Below the pieces are notes generated by a model, which made no database searches, was not told where the DNA came from, and saw only the letters and a list, made by a program, of their open reading frames with translations. Below are positions 9,719-15,158 of a stretch of 15,158 bases of DNA, one piece after another. Origin of the DNA: a bacterium. Its GTDB lineage: Bacteria > SAR324 > NAC60-12. Positions within the stretch are counted from its first letter, which is position 1, and every line of letters begins with the position of its first letter. Position numbers and translations under genes: made by a program. The DNA lies in NCBI GenBank assembly GCA_965233585.1, contig CBDDTI010000223.1, forward strand, positions 1 to 15,158, read 5' to 3'.

Positions 9719-10508
9719 CTATTTCCATCATTTTTCGCCTCGCGCAACTCACATCAGCCAAACCCAAAACTGCAAGTTTGTATGGAAGACGTTGTGTATA
9801 CTCCAACTTAATGGACATTTCCAACTCGATTGAAAGCTTTCCCTGTTCAAAATCTGAAACAAGTACACACCATTGGTCTGGCGATAGGGACTTGCGGTGG
9901 CTGATGAGCAAATGCATGTGGGCATTCTGATGGTTGGCCTCCAACACCTTTTGCATTCCATAGGCTACCAACTCCGGAAACTGTTTGCCCCGCATTGGGC
10001 AAGTAAAAGAATCATTGTCACCAACTTTGCAACCAAATAGTTTTGAAATGCTTGTGTACCTCTTCCGCTTGCGGGAAGACACTGCATGCCCGGGCCCAAC
10101 AGCTTCTACTGTTTGGATCAAATCTGCATGGCAAGGACAAGACTCGCACCAGCTGCCCAAGTGTTCGACTGTGGTAGCAAGCCCGAGAACCATGTCAAAG
10201 TATGCCATGAAAAAGGAATCTGCCAACACAGCCGTTACATCGGCAGGCCTAAAGGAAGCAGCATCTTTCTCCTGCACATATGACATAAATGCGCGCTCAT
10301 CCCACAAAGCTTGCAAATATGGAAGGACATCTTTCAGCCGGGCGCAAAATCGACATACTTCGCCCCAGCGGGCCAAGTACAAGCTTCCCAACTTGCGTCG
10401 CAGAAACAAGGCAGCAACTTCAGGAGGTGCATTGGGGCGCACACAGAAATTTATGAACCTGGTCAGGCGGCCTGCCTTCCAGAGGCCTTCAATGCTTTGG
10501 AGCTGGGA
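9719..10508 (-). CDS. Segment 2 of the transposase-like gene (RW motif, Cys/His cluster, helical insertion-domain-like region)
   Basis: The frame is open from SQLQSIEGLWKAGRLTRFINFCV into track ORF 9702..10442. It contains YLARWGEV, WCESCPCH and CPMRGK and is cut at RKMMEI by the inserted element. Confidence 0.8.
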
Positions 10509-12300
10509 TTTTTTTTTTCTCGAAATATCGAAGGTTGGTGGATGATTCCTTCAATGAATTGTTTACCACATGCACTATGCCCGGAACAGAGAATGCATTG
10601 GGCAGCAAACATTCTCCGTCAGCCCCATCCTCTTTCACTGGATCATCAGGAACCTCCGCAATAATTTGCAACTCCCTCTTCATTCCAACTTCAAGTTCAA
10701 CTGCAGCAACATCACTTTCAAGGTTCATATCATCACCATTGTCATCATAGGCACCGACGTCAGAATGCAAATCCACTGTTTGCAGCCAAGGAAGCAACAA
10801 CTCTTGTACTTCATTGATACGGAAACCAGCCACATTGATCTCCGTTCCCATGTCAGAGCAAAATGAAAAAAAACTGCGCCGGTATTCCGACAAATGGAAC
10901 TGCGATGCGCATCTCAACCAGAACCGGTACAGCAGGGCACTGCATTTGTGAGCAACACTGGATGCTTGGTTGCCTAAAGCAGCAGGAGTAAAATCTTCCT
11001 TGCGTAAATGCGTTCGAAGGAAAGCATGGTCGTCTGCGCTTTCCGCACTCTGTTCATAAGTGTCTCCTGCCTTCTTTCTGGTTTCACATTCTTCAATCAT
11101 TCTCAAAACTCTTTGGAACAAGGGCCGCACATTCTCTTCAGAAATGAAATCGCAAGAGGACAAGAGAAAATCAAAACCGCATTGCGGACTCGAATCACTT
11201 CCACCAAAGCGCACAAATCGTCCACTCTCTTGCCTTCGCCAAAGCAACAATGCTGCATCGAGAAGCAACCTGGCAAAATGCCGTTGAGATTTTACAGGGA
11301 CGACATTGGGATGGCGAATCAAATCCTGGCAAATGTTCGACATCAAATTTGGAAAAAGCAACGAGATTGTATCCACAAACATTTTCTTCAAATTCACCGA
11401 CGAAGGCACCAGTTGAGTCAATAGCATAACCTTCACCATGAACAAGGAAGAGTAAACTCGGCCGTTCAGCTTTTGAAAGGCAGGGTCATACAAGCAATCC
11501 AAATCCGGCAAGTTGGATGACACGTTTTGAAGCCAAGTTATGCAATACTCCAATTGCAACCGCTGCTCTTCCAACTCATCATTCTCAAAATTGGCAAGAA
11601 TCAAAGGAGCCCATGTTTTCAAATAATGCAACACTTGATTACACGCTGGCAAATCCAGACTACCAAACTCAGGCCTTGGAGGGCTTGCTCCGACCAGGCC
11701 AACTTGAGTTTGAACATTGTCAGGCAACAAACTTGTGAACTCTGGCCAACGACCCAAACAGACCAAATCTTTCCACAATTTGCGCGTTGCCAAATGAGCT
11801 ACGGTTGCAGGCATGGGCAGCACCATAACATCGGCAGCATCGGTCGAGGCACATTCCCACAGGCTCAAGACATCCCTGACAGACATCAAAACACTTGTTT
11901 CTATATCAGTCAAAACAGTCAAGCTGTTCAGGTCTTGCTCTGCTGTTGGAAAGTATGGCCAAGTGGTTGAAGCTGGCCTTACTGACTGATAGCTGCCACA
12001 TCGCTCTCGATAAACTCCATCCCCACATCGCACAAACGATTGAGTTAAAGCTTCTTTCACAAGCAAAGGCTTTGACAGCGTGAAAACCTTACACAACCTC
12101 AAAAAGTAAGCATCTGTGGGGTAGTGCCAGAATCGGAAAAGTAAAGATTGTTCAGCTGACATCACAGTTGTCACTCCAGTCCATGCGCCAGAATACTCAG
12201 CCAAACAAAGGGCATACAAGGTCCGGGTTTGCAACTCATGCGGGGCAACTGGCAATGGACACCGGACTGTGCGGACTTTCAGCCAATTTGGTTTGGTCAT
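10509..12300 (-). CDS. Segment 1 of the transposase-like gene (N-terminus, first two putative catalytic Asp, xxxH motif)
   Basis: 625-aa ORF in the track (10489..12366) starts at a TTG; the first in-frame ATG is 12300 (MTKPNWLK...). The frame is lost in the T10 homopolymer (YFEKKK, then stop after IPAPKH). Confidence 0.8.
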
Positions 12301-12496
12301 CCGGTGGCGTCGAATCTTCAAAGGGGACAGTCGCTCATGTTTGTAATCATCAGGGAATGCGGCCAAAAAAAAACGACAAACACCATTGCATTTTCAAGCA
12401 CAAATAATGGCCTCATTGGACCCTGTAGACACAAAGCAAGCTGCAGCTTGACTTGAAATGCATCCGATCATGTGTTCTTTTCAAAACTCGGCATTC

Positions 12497-12532
12497 TTGC
12501 AGCCGCAATCTTATAGTATCTTGCGGCTGCAA
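12497..12532. repeat. 12-bp perfect inverted repeat upstream of the transposase-like gene
   Basis: TTGCAGCCGCAA-N12-TTGCGGCTGCAA. It overlaps a 19-bp sequence, CTCGGCATTCTTGCAGCCG (12487-12505), that recurs at 13151-13169. Confidence 0.8.
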
Positions 12533-15158
12533 TGGAAATTTCAAACCACTGAGCTATTCTTGCATGACATTCACAGCGTTGAAGTATTCATAAAGATAAA
12601 AACATACATATGCACGACTATATATATATTATAGTCCGGTATACGCAAACGAGGAAAACGTCGGAAAATTGCAAACGCAACATGCTGACATCACAGCTGG
12701 AAAACAGTGAGCCACCGGAAATAAAAATTGGGGCAAATGAACATCCGATCGCGAAAAACGTTCCCTTCCTTTTCTGTTTTCCTCCAAGTTCCAAGCGGGG
12801 AAGGGTGGTCATCAAAGAGATTGGTGGCGTTTGTCACCTATCTTTTCAACGAAAAAAATCAGCTCAGTTCTTCAAGGAGATTCAGTTCATTTTTTTCAAC
12901 TTCCCACTGCCACCATCCGTCACGTGTGAAATACAACGTTGCGGGATTTCAAACATGACTGATGATTGGATCACAAACAAACTTGGCACATCAAAACGTT
13001 TCATCTTCGAGAAATGAAATTCATTTCAATACGTTGATGAAAACTTTGCAGATTTCGGAAAGTGAAAAACAAACATATATAAAATCCCAGATAACAAAAG
13101 TATATAGATCTATAAACATATAGGTGCACACATATACAGGGCGCTCGGGTCTCGGCATTCTTGCAGCCGGTCCGGTATGTTCATCTGACTTTTCACTGGA
13201 AAGGAAACGCCACGCCTGGACTCGAGACTCGGACTGATTCTATTCTGTTTAGTAAAGTATGTTTCAAATTTCAAATTTGAAATGTCCATTCCAATTTTTT
13301 TGTCCAGTTGTATCATCACAAATGAACGCCCATGCTACACCGCACCGCACCTAAGTCGGGAAAGTTAGTTTGAAAACAAATCACAATGGAGCGCTGCGCA
13401 TTCAGGACTGCAAAATTATGATGTTTTTTTTTTTAGTGTTTTATGTCAAAAGTCAAAGTCTGGCCCACCAAAAGCCCAACACGGGCCCAACATAGACCCA
13501 AAAATGACCCACTCTTTGTCGAGCACGACATAGAACCCAAAATTGCCCACAAAACCCTATCAATAAAGGTTTTTTTTGGAGATTCTTCCACCCAGATAAC
13601 TCCATCCATGGAAATCATGGAAATTGATGGAAATCATGGAACCCCACAGGCCCCACAGTCAAAGTGATTCAGTGAAGCAAAAATTCAGCCAGTCGATGAG
13701 TAACTTTACCTTTTTCAGACAAAAATGTATACGAAACACACAGAAAATCACAAAAGGCTAGGGGATCAACGGGTTTCTTAGCCCATCTTGTCGCCAATGA
13801 ACAAACCCGTGTGCGCACATCAATTCAGAACTGGTTTGGAACAAAAACATGCCCGGAGAGAACCTACTAACTTGGCCATGTTGATCAACGAAGTTAAGGC
13901 CGTCATATAGTTATTCCGTTATTTTGCAATATGTAATTCCAGACTGGCAGGACGTGCTAAAAAGATACTTGATTTTCTCGCTCAAGGCATGGAGCGATTT
14001 CTAGGCAAATAAACTCCGATTAAAATCATGATAGATCATGGAAGACATATTCATGAAACAAAATCCACATGTACCAGCAAAACTGACTGACAAGAGTTTC
14101 GGTGTGTGGCCGAACTCCTGTTTGCATACTGTACCATGGAGTCCGAAGGCATATGATTCCGCGCAAATTTGCGTCAGCACACTCACCTATTTGTTGGAAA
14201 GCATGTTGCATGTTTGACGGACACACAGACCCAGCCCCAAAGAAACAAAAACAATTTAAGGTGTTTTATTTGTCTTTTGCAAAACAGACAATTCTTTTGG
14301 TAGGCAAAAAATATCGCACAGTGGCTACGCAAGGCTTTTTTGGCAAAGCTGAACTTCCGACATTGTGAACATCATTCTGGATTCTGTTGTGATTTTTGTG
14401 AACATGTCTGTAAATAGGCCGTGCTTCTGAAAAATTTTTCCAGCTTAAACACGGATATATAAGAGTTGACCAAACACGAACCTTCTTCGCTGCCACAGCT
14501 TATTATACTTTGAGGGTCGCATGATTCAAAGAAATGGGCCAATGTGAACGAAAGCAGACCTTGCAAATCATGGGATGGGAAACATGAAGCCCAAACAAGG
14601 CACATGTTTTCTCGGGCTGAGAGCTGTGCTTTGCATCTTGGCAACGCTGTGCGAAGCACATTGTTGAAGCGAGGACAAAAACACAACGACGCTGCAAAAA
14701 AAGGCGTGCAAAGTTGTTCAATTTGCGTTTTCACAAGCATACGGAAAAATACACAACTTTTTCACGAAAATACGCAGCAACTTTTTCACTTTTTTTTCAC
14801 TGTTCATTTTTGGTTTTCCACTGTGATTTTTGCCAATAAAAAGGTTCACCCAGGCAAACATCTTAAAATCTTGAACTTTTGCCCCTGGATTCCTGGAATA
14901 TTTCTCTGCAATTTTCAGCCGCGACTTCCTTCTTGGCCGATGGACCCAGACCCCTTGCTGCACTGTAGGTAAAACCAACAAATTGCAGTGATGGGGCAAG
15001 ACAATCTCGACCCAAAATTGGCTTGACAAGATGTGCATTTTGGAAAATTATGTTGTTTAAATCATCCTGGTGTTGCTTATGTGTTTTCCGCTTTAAACTT
15101 GCAGTGTTTGATTCCAATGTGTTTGCAATTCAAGCGTAAAACGCAGAGCTCAATCAAG

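Larger units (their letters stand above)
1..12300 (-). pseudogene. Interrupted large DDE transposase-like gene (divergent hAT-like), about 1,760 aa or more when reconstructed; 3' end lies beyond the window
   Basis: Four collinear minus-strand open segments (12300-10509, 10508-9719, 2710-2283, 2284-2) joined by a +1 shift at the T10 run 10509-10518, a TSD-flanked 7-kb insertion, and a -1 shift near 2283. Motifs in order: GSDSSPQ (D at 11194-11196), CSDMGTE (D at 10852-10854), PGIVH (H at 10570-10572), ARWGEV (RW at 10365-10370), SERYLEASHS (E at 2518-2520 and 2506-2508). Confidence 0.8.

Noticed and set aside
2703..9730. 7-kb insertion acting as a precisely spliced intron (introner-like)
   Set aside because: With the AG at the end of the duplicated site as acceptor, no frame-preserving donor position within the duplication begins with GT, GC or GA. 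More distant cryptic sites were not excluded.
9985..12083. Plus-strand ORFs opposite the transposase-like gene (also 323-685, 1323-1913 and 2219-2671)
   Set aside because: These are antisense shadows of the long minus-strand frame with no recognisable motifs.
12301..12366. Track start at 12366
   Set aside because: It is a TTG within a T-run; in a eukaryotic context the ATG at 12300 is more plausible.
13137..13160. CAGGG after TATATA as a possible hAT terminus
   Set aside because: I found no matching inverted end or TSD in the window.
13607..13658. Short tandem ATGGAAAT(C) and CCCCACAG repeats (also a small duplication at about 14745-14790)
   Set aside because: Ordinary micro-duplications with no further structure.
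12610..15117. Short ORFs on both strands in the right-hand region
   Set aside because: All are 142 aa or shorter, overlap in conflicting frames and show no recognisable domain. Spliced or decayed coding sequence cannot be excluded without a search.

Overview
Eukaryotic-looking, repeat-rich window with a three-level nest of DNA transposons. (1) A minus-strand gene of about 1,760 aa or more runs from ATG 12300 off the left edge. It carries the ordered motifs of a divergent hAT-like DDE transposase (DSSPQ, SDMGTE, GIVH, ARW, SERYLEASH) plus a long C-terminal extension with a CPFH..C..W..H module. It is broken by two 1-bp frameshifts and by (2) a 7,008-bp non-coding element (2711-9718) with 12-bp TIRs (ATCACCC[T/A]CCCC) and an 8-bp TSD (CTATTTCC). 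Removing this element and one TSD restores the frame exactly (RKMMEIVQFW). Its interior is about 7.3 tandem copies of a ~685-bp unit built from the same palindromic motif found near its ends. (3) Two unrelated TA-duplicating MITE-like elements (4098-4317, 6339-7061) sit inside single repeat units. The region 12.4-15.2 kb has no convincing gene. A dinoflagellate-like host is my impression only and cannot be established from the sequence.
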